A DNA stretch of 64,000 bases from Lama guanicoe. Taxonomy: Eukaryota. The stretch is from the NCBI GenBank assembly GCA_013239625.1, contig MU054757.1:2026251-2090250 (forward strand). Reading direction: 5' to 3'. The first letter of the stretch is position 1. The number at the start of each line of letters is the position of its first letter. The translations under genes were made by a program, and so were the position numbers. Under the pieces are notes generated by a model that saw only the letters and a program-made list of their open reading frames with translations, had not been told where the DNA came from and did no database searches. This document shows, one piece after another, positions 51,837 to 62,800 of this stretch.

Positions 51837-52384
51837 AAACCCCAGGTGAAGCTAGACCCCCTGTGAGTGCACTTCCCCTGTGTTGCACGCACAGAACCCT
51901 TTGGTTAGGAAAGAATTGCTCAAGCATGTGTTTACTTTCTTTAAGATCACAAAGGATTTGTTTTGAAAAAGTAAACCAAAAGAAAGCAAAGACCAGTAAA
52001 GAGAAGTGAAGGGGCGGGGTGGGGAGGGGGAACAGAAGCAGGTTTTGGAACTTTTAATCAATCTGTGATCATTTCCCTTTAAGATGTTGTCAGGGCCACC
52101 TTTTTGAGGAAGGTAGAAAAAACAGATGTTCCCAGGTAAGACTTGGAACACTCTTGTCATGTTCCTGATGTTCCCATTTGTCCTGTTCTGCTCACATTTT
52201 CACTGTTATTTCTGTTGCTATGACAATTTATACACCTATAAAACTTAATGGATATGCTTACTAGGGTGCTTGATATCAATTTGTAAAAGCACTAGTGCCT
52301 TGTAGAATCCTTTTAGATGTATTTAAATACATTGGACTCTAGTGATGGTCATATATTTATCATTTTATACGTGAAACAACTGTT

Positions 52385-52448
52385 TCCACCATCCTCACCA
52401 TCCTCACCATCCTCATCAACATCAGCATCGTTGCCGACGTCGTCATCA
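52385..52448. repeat. (CACCATCCT)n / (CAT)n degenerate repeat
   Basis: Read directly from the sequence. Confidence 0.8.
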
Positions 52449-52969
52449 CAGGAAGGGTGGATTTACTTACGCTAAGCACTTGGGTGGGGGGAGAAAAAGT
52501 GTCCATAAAGCCATAATGAACTGCATGTAAAGTTTCAATCATAGTTTTATCTGAATTATTTTTACTTCAGGATATTGAGGAAAGTCAAAGAGTTATCTAC
52601 AGGTTTTCCTTACTTAACAGATAGCGAGCATCAGACTTTACTTTAAAAACGGAGACAGGGATTAATCCAACAGGCATTTCAGCGGTGCACCTTGGCGAAC
52701 ACAGGGATCCACTGTTTCAATCTCCCCTGCCCCACTTCGCCTTGCTGTTTCCTGTAACATCTGTTGGGTTTTACTGCCATCTGCTGGCCATTTTATGGAA
52801 ACGCTTTCACCTTCTTGACAGACGTCTTGGACCATTGTTCAGAAGGTCTTTCTGTTTCAGCCCGTGTCCATTCACTCTCCTCCTGTCATTTGTGAAACCA
52901 TCAGGTTGTTTCAGTCTGCTCACTCCCTGTTAACACACTCACGCTCCTGTAATTCTCTCCTTGTGCTAG

Positions 52970-53238
52970 AAGCCCTGACATGCTGAGGTCGGAAGTTTCC
53001 TTTTCCATGGGAGGAAGGCACTCGTCCACAGACTCCAACAAGGCCTCCAGCGGAGACCTCTCCCCTTATGACAACAACTCCCCAGTGCTGTCTGAACGCT
53101 CCCTGCTGGCTATGCAAGAGGATGCGGCCCCGGGGGGCTCGGAGAAGCTTTACAAAGGGCCGGAGCAGTATGTGCTGGTGGGCCACCTGCCATCTTCAAA
53201 GTCAAGGGAGAGTTCTCCTGGATCAAGACTTGGGAAAG
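52970..53238 (+). CDS. ARHGAP6: ARHGAP6 exon 11 (269 nt): [12 protein letters not shown]...SSPGSRLGK
   Basis: Mostly within ORF 52980..53582. Acceptor tgctag|A, donor AAG|gtacct. Confidence 0.95.
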
Positions 53239-54489
53239 GTACCTGGAGCCGGGCTGGCGCTGGCCCACCCAGGGACTCTGACTGCATGTGGCCTGGTGTG
53301 GGCGCTTTGGGCCTTCTCTCCCTCTCTCCCTTGTTTCCTGCTTCTCTGATTCGGTGGCATTTACTGAGGACCTGCCGAACACCCACGCCGGGTCTGAGTC
53401 CCTGCAGACCCGGCTGTCTGGGAAGCAGTCTCATGCTCGGAAAGCCACCGACCTTCCCACCTGACTTGCCCGCCAGCATCCAAGGGACTTTACGTGTCCT
53501 GGCCTGGGGTTTGGGGTGCATATTTGTTAGTCTAAGATGTCACCCAATTATTTGTGTTACTTTTATAAAGAGAACAAGCTGAACTTACAGACAGCATGTT
53601 CCAAAGAGATCTCCACGGGAGATGACCAGTTTTAGGCAACATAACGTTTTCATGGTCAAATACATTTGGGAAATGCTGAAGTAAGCAAGCTAACGGTTTC
53701 TCTACTGTACAATTTCTCAAACCCTTTAAAGTGCTATTGGGCACATGAATTTCCACAATGGGAGGGAGGCTATGCTTTGCAGCTTTTCCCAAATTTATTT
53801 GACCACTGAGTGGTTCTGTTCTCCCCTCCACAGAGTACTTCCTCAGGGTCAGGACTCAGAAGGACACTGTTTAAGTAAGAACTGAAAGACACAGTACAAA
53901 ATCTTGCTATTTTATCTCAAATTTATAGTTTAGTCTGAAGAGCCACTCTGGAAGGGCTCCTATTTTTTCTGGTGTTTTTAATCCTAGCATCTTTATTGTT
54001 ATTTCACAAATATTTGTGTTAAAAATGTTTGTAACTTACAATGAAACCAGTAACCCATGTTCCCATCAGGCATAAGATTTATTTTTAAAATATTAAAGGC
54101 AAAAAATTTATTTTTAAAAGATTGAAGGATTTGCCTCATCTGTCAAACAGACTCAGGGGCATCTCTTCAGGATGAACTGAGAGAATGCATATGAACTGCT
54201 GAACCCAGCAGACATTTGCTTCTAGAAATAGTCATTATCATCACATCATGGAATCGTAGTGAGGATTAGATGAGACAGTGAAAATGCCTAGTATAGCGCC
54301 TCATACTGGAGATATTTACAGACAGACTAAAGGGATGTATGGGAAAATACATGTATGAATAATACCGGGAGGACTCTATTGAGGCTAGTAGGGTGTGTTC
54401 CTGAGGGTAGTACTAGATTTTAAAACTATAACTATTGTTCTTCTATCTCTGTGTTAATGCGGTTGGAGCTGTTGTCACCCATCACAATA

Positions 54490-54920
54490 GTACTTGTTTC
54501 CTATCGCCACCGTAATAAATGACCACAAACTTGGTACTTTAAAACAACACACAAATCTATTATCTTTCAGCTCTGGGCGTCATAAGTCTAAAATGGGCCC
54601 ACAGGCCTGTGCTCCTTCTGGAGACTCTAGGGAACAATGTTTTCTTGCCTTTTCCCACTTCTAGACGCCGCCTGCATTCTTTGGTGCATGGCCCCTTCCT
54701 CCATCTTTAAAGCCAGCAATGCAGCATCCTCTGTCTTGCCTCCTTCTTATAAGGACTCTTGTGATTCCATGGGGCTCACACAGATAACCCAGGTTCATCT
54801 CCCCATCTCAGAATCCATAACGTAATCGCACCTGCCAAGTGCCTTTTGAATATAACATCTTTAGAGGTTCTGGGGATCATGACACAGATATTTGGGGGGA
54901 TCCTTATTCTGTCTACCACA
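54490..54920 (-). mobile_element. MLT1C/D-like MaLR LTR
   Basis: accacaaacttgg...aaacaaca, ccttctggagactctaggga, ttataaggactcttgtgatt, ending attctgtctaccaca. Confidence 0.8.
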
Positions 54921-55201
54921 GCATACTATAGAAAGAGCCTTTTTGTAAATCCCAAATGGAATAAGCCTCTTAAAAAGACAGGTCTGCTTCGTATTCTGTC
55001 TTGTATCCATCACAGTCTCAAATACAGGACTTTGAGCACAAGAGATGTTAGGAAAAAATTTGTTTATTCATTTTTTGCTCTTCAATTTTCATTGTGAGTT
55101 AGATGCCTTTTTTAAAAATTTGCATTCTTTTTTATTGAAGTAGAGTCGGTTTTCAATGTTGTGTCAATAATTACATACCTTTTTTATACACTTTGTCCTA
55201 G

Positions 55202-55282
55202 ATATGGCAGAGGAGGCTTTCAATATCTGGGGAACTTGGCATTCAACTTTAAAAAGTGGATCCAAAGACCCAGGAATGACAG
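55202..55282 (+). CDS. ARHGAP6: ARHGAP6 exon 12 (81 nt, phase 1-1): [27 protein letters not shown]
   Basis: Acceptor tcctag|AT, donor CAG|gtgaag. Translated by hand. Confidence 0.94.
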
Positions 55283-56198
55283 GTGAAGTATTTTTTTTAA
55301 ACTGGTATTGCATTTACATTTTCAGTTAATTTTTATGAATTTTTGCCTTACTATCATCATAGTACATGCTTGTCAAATATTATTTGGAAAATGCTGGAAA
55401 GAGGAAAAAAGGGGATAAAGCTAGACTTATCCTTTCCACCAAAATACATCAGTCTTCGACTACATTTCATTTCCTTTCCTTTGCAAGAGTTTTGAAAGAT
55501 AGTTACAATCATTCTGTCTGTGCGCCTTTATGTAATTCGTTTAACTTCCATTCTTCAGTTCTTTTCCATTATTATTAAGGGCCATGTAGTATTCCAGATG
55601 CATAGTCACAGTTTACAGCCCAATGCTGGGACAACTGAGTTGTTTCCATTTTTTTAATTGATGTAATAACTTATGATTTCAGGAACCTCTTTTATGTACT
55701 GTTTTTGTATTTTAAATTATGAACAGATTCACACAATGTTAGAAAGCCAGTTATAAATCCAGTTTAGGAAAGTGGGCCCAAAATTATGAACCTTTCCAAG
55801 AATATGGAGGTGTGGTCATTTCGGGTTCCATATGGGATGTATTAGCTTCTGCTGCATAAGCCATAGTGCCATATTTCACTGTACTGTCCATGTGACTTTA
55901 ATCTCATTGCTATTGCAAATCACTGGGTCTGCATTTTGGCTTATTTAAAAAACAAAATTGTATTTATTATTTTAATTTGCCTTTCTTTCTCACCAGTATT
56001 TTTCCATTTTTCTGTTAATCAGTTGAATGTCCCCCATTGACTGTCATTTATGTCATTGGCTATTTTTGTCTGCTAGCATTTTTAAAATTGATTCTTAGGA
56101 ACTCTTCCTATAGTGAAGACATTAACCCTTTATCCACATTGTTTGCCACTGATATCATTATCCCTTGCGTTTTTTTTTCCCTTTTGGGGTATCTGGAA

Positions 56199-56643
56199 TT
56201 TTTTTTTTTTACAATGTTGTGTCAAATTCCAATGTAGAGCACAATTTTTCAGTTGATACATGAACATACATATATTCACTGTCATATTTTTTTTCACTGT
56301 GAGCTACCATAAGATCTTGCATCTATTTCCCTGTGCTATACAGTATAATCTTGTTTATCTATTCTACATTTTGAAATCCCAGTCTGTCCCTTCCCCCCCC
56401 CCCCCCCTTGGCAACCACAAGTTTATATTCTATGTCTATGAGTCTGTTTCTGTTTTGTATTTATGTTTTTTTTTTTTTAGATTCCACATATGAGTGATCT
56501 CATATGGTTTATTTTTCAATTTCTCTTTCTGGCTTACTTCACTTAGAATGACAATCTCCAGGAACATCCATGTTGCTGCAAATGGCATTATGTTGTCATT
56601 TTTATGGCCGAATAGTATTCCATTGTATAAATATACTACATCT
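56199..56643 (-). mobile_element. Young L1 3' end (3'UTR plus ORF2 C-terminus)
   Basis: Near-identical to 26790-27186. Confidence 0.9.
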
Positions 56644-56802
56644 CTTTTGCATAATTAAGTCTATCACTCTCTCTTTTTGTGAATTATTTCACAAAATCAA
56701 TCTTTCCATAAGAAAAAGGCAGCCTGGGGACATAGACCCCAGAACTCCTCATTTGCTTGTGAAACGCAGTGTTTGGCTCTCCCTTCAATTTCCTGAAGAA
56801 AG

Positions 56803-57240
56803 TTGTATCAGTTAGGGAAGGCTAACTGCTGTAACAGATTTCTCCTAAATGTCAGTGGCTTAACCTCTCACAGGTTGATTTCTCCCTCACTGTCCAGTCT
56901 AGTGTAGACTGTGCAGGGTGAAGAGGGTGGGAGTGCTCTGTTCCAGACAGTCTTGAGGTGCTCAAGTTCCATCTAGCCAGTGGCTCTCCCATCATCAGAG
57001 GCCTCATAGTCTTCCATGGTTTCTCCTTCCTGGGCTAGAAGTTGAGGGAAGGGAGCAAGCAGGAAAGACCAGGAGTGCATTTATTTATTTTTATTATTAT
57101 TATTATTAATTCTATCAGGCCTACAAATAGCTCACATCACATTTCTCCACATTTGTTCGCCAGACCTCGTTTATGTGGCCCTCCTAAGTGCAAGAGAGTG
57201 TGAGAAATGTCATCCAGGAAGGAAAGGGGATGATTTGGCG
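56803..57240. mobile_element. MLT1-type LTR relic
   Basis: tgtatcagttaggga...gctgtaacaga...cagtggcttaac...gcaagagagtgtgagaaatgt. Confidence 0.6.
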
Positions 57241-57767
57241 AACGAGCCAGTCTCCCCCACGGTGGTGGTGGTGGAATATACACAGCGCTGCTGTCTTTCA
57301 TCGTCTTCTGGCACCAAATGGGGGCATTTTCGATTCAATTCTTTTATTCCTACAGCTTTTACTGAAACAATAGAAACATGAAAACATTATCATTTGTGTC
57401 TCCTCTGGATTTCAAGTTGCAGTGAACAGGAAGGGCATGTTCCTTCCACCTCCGAGGTTCAGGAAAGGTTTCACAACCACGTGGGGATGGGGGAGGAGCT
57501 TCCTAAAACAAATTAGTGCCAAGGACTGTTTAGTCTCATTTGACAGCTAACATGTCAGGGTCTAGACATCTGTCTTTGGAGCTGCTACATGAATTGTGCC
57601 AAAAATCAAAAAGCATTTGTTATTTCACTAGGAAGTCTTTTACTTTAGGCAGCAGCAGCTGAGCGTGTCCCATGCGTTTTGAATTTTCCAGGTTGGCAGT
57701 GGGAAGGACATCCCAACAGGGATTGTACAAACTAATTCCACTTCTCGCCCTTCACTCTGGCTTCCAG

Positions 57768-58348
57768 GTTCCTACGGAGACATTTTTGAGAGCAGCTCCC
57801 TACGACCGGGGCCGTGCTCCCTTTCTCAAGGGAACCTGTCCCCGAATTGGCCTCGGTGGCAGGGGGGCCCGGCGGGGCTGGGCGGCGGTGCGCGGGGCGA
57901 CAGGCCCGAGCAGTGCTGGACTCTGAGCGGCGCCCAAGACGTCGCCGAGAGCGAGCCGGACGTGGCCTGGCCGCAGAGGAGAGCCAAGCCTCCGCCCCAG
58001 AGACCTGGAGAGGGTGCCAAGCATGACAAGAGGCCTCCTCCGCCTTATCCTGGTCCAGGGAAGCAGGCGTCAGCAGCGGCCCACCAGCCCGCGGAGCCAC
58101 CGCTGTGGAGGCCGCAGAGGCCGGAGGAAGGCTCTGGAGCCGCTCTGGAGGAGGGAAGCCGAACAGCCGAGCGGGAGCATCAGGCCGCCCAGCAAAAAGT
58201 GAGCAGCGCCCACCCCGGTCCTTCCAGCGATCAGAACAGTAAGACCTTGGGGGACCCCAGCTGGCTCGACTGGCAGAGAGAGCGGTGGCAGATCTGGGAG
58301 CTCTTATCCACCGACAACCCCGATGCCCTCCCGGAAACGCTGGTATGA
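57768..58348 (+). CDS. ARHGAP6: ARHGAP6 exon 13 coding part: [12 protein letters not shown]...[25 protein letters not shown]
   Basis: Acceptor cttccag|GT. Open through ORF 57962..58348 to TGA. Confidence 0.96.
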
Positions 58349-59473
58349 GCCCCACAGGCTCGAGCCCTCCCGTCCCCAGCAGCCTTCTTCAACTCAGTAG
58401 GGGAAAAAGTGGGTGTGGAACAATTGGGCACTTCCTTATTTTTCTTCCTTTACACTTAAAAAAAAAAACCACGAGAGAAAACTCAGTTCACTTAAAGATA
58501 GAGAGCACTATTACCCTGGCCATTTATAATAAGATTCTATTGCATAGCCAGCCTTCAGAAAAAAACAAAAACAAAAAATGGCTGTTAATACCCAGTCTAA
58601 AAGCTGTTCACATTGGCTCTGTATGCGGCAAAACTCTCGCTTTGGTATCGCTTAACTGTATTTATGTGTCTTCAGTTTTGACTCTTGTATATCTGTAACA
58701 GATTATATATGATAATCGTATATGTTATATTCACAAAAAACAGAAGGAACAAAATTTTTTAATCACTTCACTGATTCTAAGTAATGAGAGTCTGTAGAAT
58801 GTTCTAGAATATGCACAAGCGGGTTTCTGTGCTTTTGCCATAGCTTTTTAACTGAGGACAGCCCTTCCTTCAATGCCTAAGGAAAACACTAACAAAACAA
58901 AGTAAAACAGAATATGACAAGCCATATTTTTATATAGTAGTGAGATACAAAAAAGTATAGTCACTGAATGCTTTTTCATATTGAATACGTTTTAAGGAAA
59001 ATATTAAATTTGATACATTATGGAATATATTTTTAGAATCTGTTTAAGAAAGAATTCAGTTAATGAAGCAAGAGAAAGGCCGTGCCTGACAAAGAAAGAA
59101 TAATTAAGTTGTACTTCCCATTTTAGGTCAAACTCAATTTTATATAGACCATATATAATATATATTTATGATGTACGATTTTTTTTTCAAAACTGCAAAC
59201 TGGAATCCAACTATAAAGTGTTTAAGAATCAAAATAGAGTATTCAAATGACAGAACTTGGTTTTTCCTTTTGCCCCATAATCAGTATTAACCAAATTTTA
59301 TGCAGTGCTTTGTAAAGTAAATCATATTTGGAAGAAAAAAAACTAAAGCTTTGTATTTACATTGTGCCAAAGGCTGAGGAAATGTTTTCTTTGGTAACTT
59401 TCTGTGTAATGTAAAACTCCTACCGCACTTCAGTAGTAAATTTGAAGTTTTTCAAGTGCAAAACAATATTTGA

Positions 59474-59487
59474 CCAGCAGGTGGCGA
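59474..59487 (+). promoter_or_regulatory. CTCF core motif inside the 3'UTR
   Basis: CCAGCAGGTGGCGA, a GC-rich island in AT-rich UTR. Confidence 0.5.
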
Positions 59488-59640
59488 TTCGCTTCAGTAT
59501 TTTATGAGATTTTTTTTTCACTTCATAAGGGAATGTGTATTATAGAAAAAGAATTTTTTTTATAAAACATGCTACATCTTAATTTTCATGTTGGCGATGA
59601 CATTTTCAGTGGTGTTTCTTAAAGTTCTTGTGCCATAATG

Positions 59641-59646
59641 AATAAA
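59641..59646 (+). terminator. Polyadenylation signal AATAAA
   Basis: Canonical hexamer ~1.3 kb after the stop, followed by a T/GT-rich element (ctttgttccc). Confidence 0.75.
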
Positions 59647-61595
59647 AAGTTAAGCAAAGGCTTTGTTCCCTGGCATTAAATCTAATGCATGAACTCACGC
59701 TTCATTCCAGACATGCACATTCCGGACTATCTACAAGTCCAAGTGTAAGAAATTATGGCACTACTGTACATAGACAGCTAAAGAGCTAGTAAAAAAAAAA
59801 TATCAGGTGGCTTGGGGACATAACCCAGTGACACTGAAGCATTTAGAAATTTATATTTGTTGTAAATGAAGGCTGATCGGCATCCAATTGAAACTCAGTT
59901 GTCGATGAGAAAGCGGCTTGCTACAGGATGGGAACCCAGGTTTCCCAGCTGCTGGACGGGTGCTGGCCAACACAGCCCTTGTCAATTACATCTGCACTAG
60001 AGGCCTTGGGTGCTTATTTTGCTTCAGGGCTGAAGTAATGCCATCTAGAAGTGGTATCTGATGTTTCTTACTGGGAGAATGATGGGGATAGCTTCAGGCT
60101 CTGCCATTGGGTCCAGCACTTCTGCCACTGGCCGGGACTCGGGAAGGATTCCCTTGCCAGCCTCCGGGTCTTCCTGGCTGCCCACACGGAACCCAAAGTT
60201 GTAAACAAGATCCAGAGCAAACGCTGTCTTCTGGTGGCTCACAGGTTGCTTTCCTGGGCCACCTACTCCCATCCTACTCCTGCTGACCCTGTGTTTTCTT
60301 GGCTTTGAATTCGACCCCGGTCTGGCCGGTTCTCTCTCTCCTTTCTGGACGTGACTGTCTAATGAATATATGAGACCCCCTCTGTCACTCGGTGCTTGCC
60401 CTAATAGTCCTGGTTTTTAAAACTTTCAGATCAGATGGCCCTGCGGCTGATGTCTGTCTCACAAGAATAATGAAAAGTATATCTACTAATAGTCAGATCT
60501 AGAATAGTGAGTCCAGAAAACATAGCTCAGAATATTTTTTTAATAATTAAATTGTGTGCGTGTGTTCTGTGCCTGTGTATGTACATGTATGTGCATGTAA
60601 TGAACAATATTCACTCTCCCTCTTTGGATGGTCTGAGCCCAGTGGCCATACCTTTAGTTTAGTGCGTGAAAGCATGTTTCTTAGATGCTTTTATCACATT
60701 GACACACACAGGACCCGAAGACCTGAGTGGAAATTGGAGTCATTTCTAACACCTTGTAAATAACATAATACCTAACAAGAAAAACATAAACTCTTTCAAG
60801 TTGGACAAAACCATTTAGCAGGCAGTTGAGGTTACTCATTCCCGGGAGCAGAGAGCTCCTACAATCAAGAAAAAAGCTACGATGTGCCGCAGATGTCTCT
60901 GCATCTGAATACTCAGTTACCGTGTTTGCGTCTCTGGCAGCGGGCAGAGTGACGGTGGCAGACAATACCAAATAGGACTTTGTCTAGATCTAAGTAACTA
61001 TTAACATACATTTGTTGTGGGTTTTTATAGAAAAAAAAACTCTTATACCAATGGAGTTTGTGCAAATTAAAGAAATTTCTAAATAAGCCCAGCTTGCTTC
61101 TTTTCTTATGCACATTTTAATACACATCTGCTTGGCAGAGCAACAGCCCTGGGATTAAACCTAAGAAGTTGGCAGAACAGAGTCCAGGCCTGTGGTGTCT
61201 GTCAGTCTGATAAGCAAACTGCAGGAGGTGGAGTCAACTGAACTGAGAAGGAAGACAATGACAGGGGAAGAGTCACATGGGGATGAAAACAGGACATCTC
61301 CACCGGGCAGAATTGTAAAGCAGGACAAAATCAGCAGCAAATGTTCTTCAGGAGAAAAAAAATCCAAGCCAAAGGAAAATTCCAGTAAAGTTTGGAATTC
61401 TTCGGCACGGTCCAGGTGGCGGATGGTGTGAAGATGTGGAACTGCAGTCAGTGGTCTCTGGGGTGGACTCCTGGCCTGGCGTGGCCTGTGGTTCCCCACG
61501 GCACGCACAGCACCGACCCCAACTGAAGGGCCCTGGAGGTTGCCGAAGGGTCAGAAGATTCTCTCAAGTCAATTTGACCAACGTCGGTTCAGCCT

Positions 61596-61950
61596 AGAGT
61601 GACCAACTCATCCCAGGTTGCCTGGGCCATCCAAGGTTTAGTAATAAAAGCCCCACATCCTGGAGCACAGGCCATGCTACTAGCTGGCATGGAGGGGAAG
61701 GTGGGATGGTACTTGTCAGGGAAGGTCGCCACATAAGATACAGGGAGCCCAGTTCAATTGGAATGTCAGATAAATGACTGGTCTAATTTTAGTGTAAGTA
61801 TATGCCCTGCGCTATCCAGGAGTTACTTACACCTAAAAAAAGATCCTTTGGCCCAGATATTACATGGGACACACATATTAATAAAGGATTTGTTGTTTAT
61901 TTGACTTTCCAATTGAACTGAGCATCTATTTGCTAAGTCTGGTAACCCTA
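61596..61950. mobile_element. Adjacent hAT relics: MER81-like (~61596-61665) and MER53-like (~61720-61950)
   Basis: agagtgaccaactcatcc...; atacagggagcccagtt...tcagataaa...ttttagtgtaagtat...tctggtaacccta. Confidence 0.55.
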
Positions 61951-61969
61951 ACCTGCCGATTTGATAGCC

Positions 61970-62800
61970 ACTCGGTCCTCAACTGCCTCCTTGACATCTG
62001 CACCCAACGCCCCACGGTGCCTCAACCGTCCGGAAAGGGCCAGCTGCAGCTTCGACTTCCACGCGGAGCCACGTGGCCTCCAGCCCCCGCCCACTTCTCC
62101 GTCCAGGGAGTCTCACCTGCAGCTTCCCTGGGATCCAAGGCTTGTTGACTCCCACAGGTGTCTCCTGTTTGTCCAGCCTCACCAGCTCAGTTCGAGCCCT
62201 TACCCCCCGCCCCGGTTACCGCGGCAGCCCTCCATCTCCGCCCTCCCCCTTCCTCCACACCACCACCATCACAGCTCCGAAACGCACATCTTGTCCTAGG
62301 CACATCCCTGCTGAAAAAACCTTGAGGCCCTCTTTTCCCTCTGGCCTACAGGACGAAGTCCACACTCCTTTGATAACATCAAAACGCTCCACAATCTGGG
62401 CGCCATCTGCCTTCAGCATCTCCTCTCTCCCCAGCACGCCCCCCCCCCGTGCTCTGGCCGTGTGCGGAAAAATCCCCATTCCCACGTACAGGACACGCTC
62501 TCCCGCCTGTTCCAAGGGCCCCCAGTGCGCTTCCTTGCTTTTCCTATTCAATCAAACGCTCATTTTCTCCTCAGATTAGCCGGAGCCGGCCCCTCCCACA
62601 AGCACGCGGAACCACGACTTACTCCGGCGCCCGGTGTACGTGACCTGGTAACCGGCGCCGCAGTGCATGATGGGTGCCGCCATTTTCCACCGGCCGGCCG
62701 TGGCCGCCCCGTCCCCGACGGCGGGGACTGTGTCCTCAGGACCGCGCAGAGGCCCGACGTGAATTTGCTGTTTGATAAACGTTGGCCGAATGTGTGCATA
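61970..62800. mobile_element. GC/CpG-enriched L2 relic
   Basis: caactgcctccttgacatct, ggcctacaggacgaagtccacactcctt and the 3' motif ggcggggactgtgtc...gataaacgttggccgaatg resemble L2. Confidence 0.5.

Larger units (their letters stand above)
1169..59665 (+). other. ARHGAP6: ARHGAP6 gene, 3' portion (exons 3-13 by human numbering; exons 1-2 lie upstream of the window)
   Basis: Eleven exons with AG/GT boundaries and compatible phases splice into one ORF matching RhoGAP6 from [12 protein letters not shown] to [12 protein letters not shown]. 3' end estimated from AATAAA at 59641. Confidence 0.97.
58349..59665 (+). other. ARHGAP6: ARHGAP6 3'UTR (AT-rich, no recognisable repeats; end approximate)
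   Basis: Runs from the stop codon to about 20 nt past AATAAA. Confidence 0.75.

Noticed and set aside
57732-58355. 207-aa minus-strand ORF
   Set aside because: Antisense shadow of GC-rich exon 13, with no independent coding evidence.
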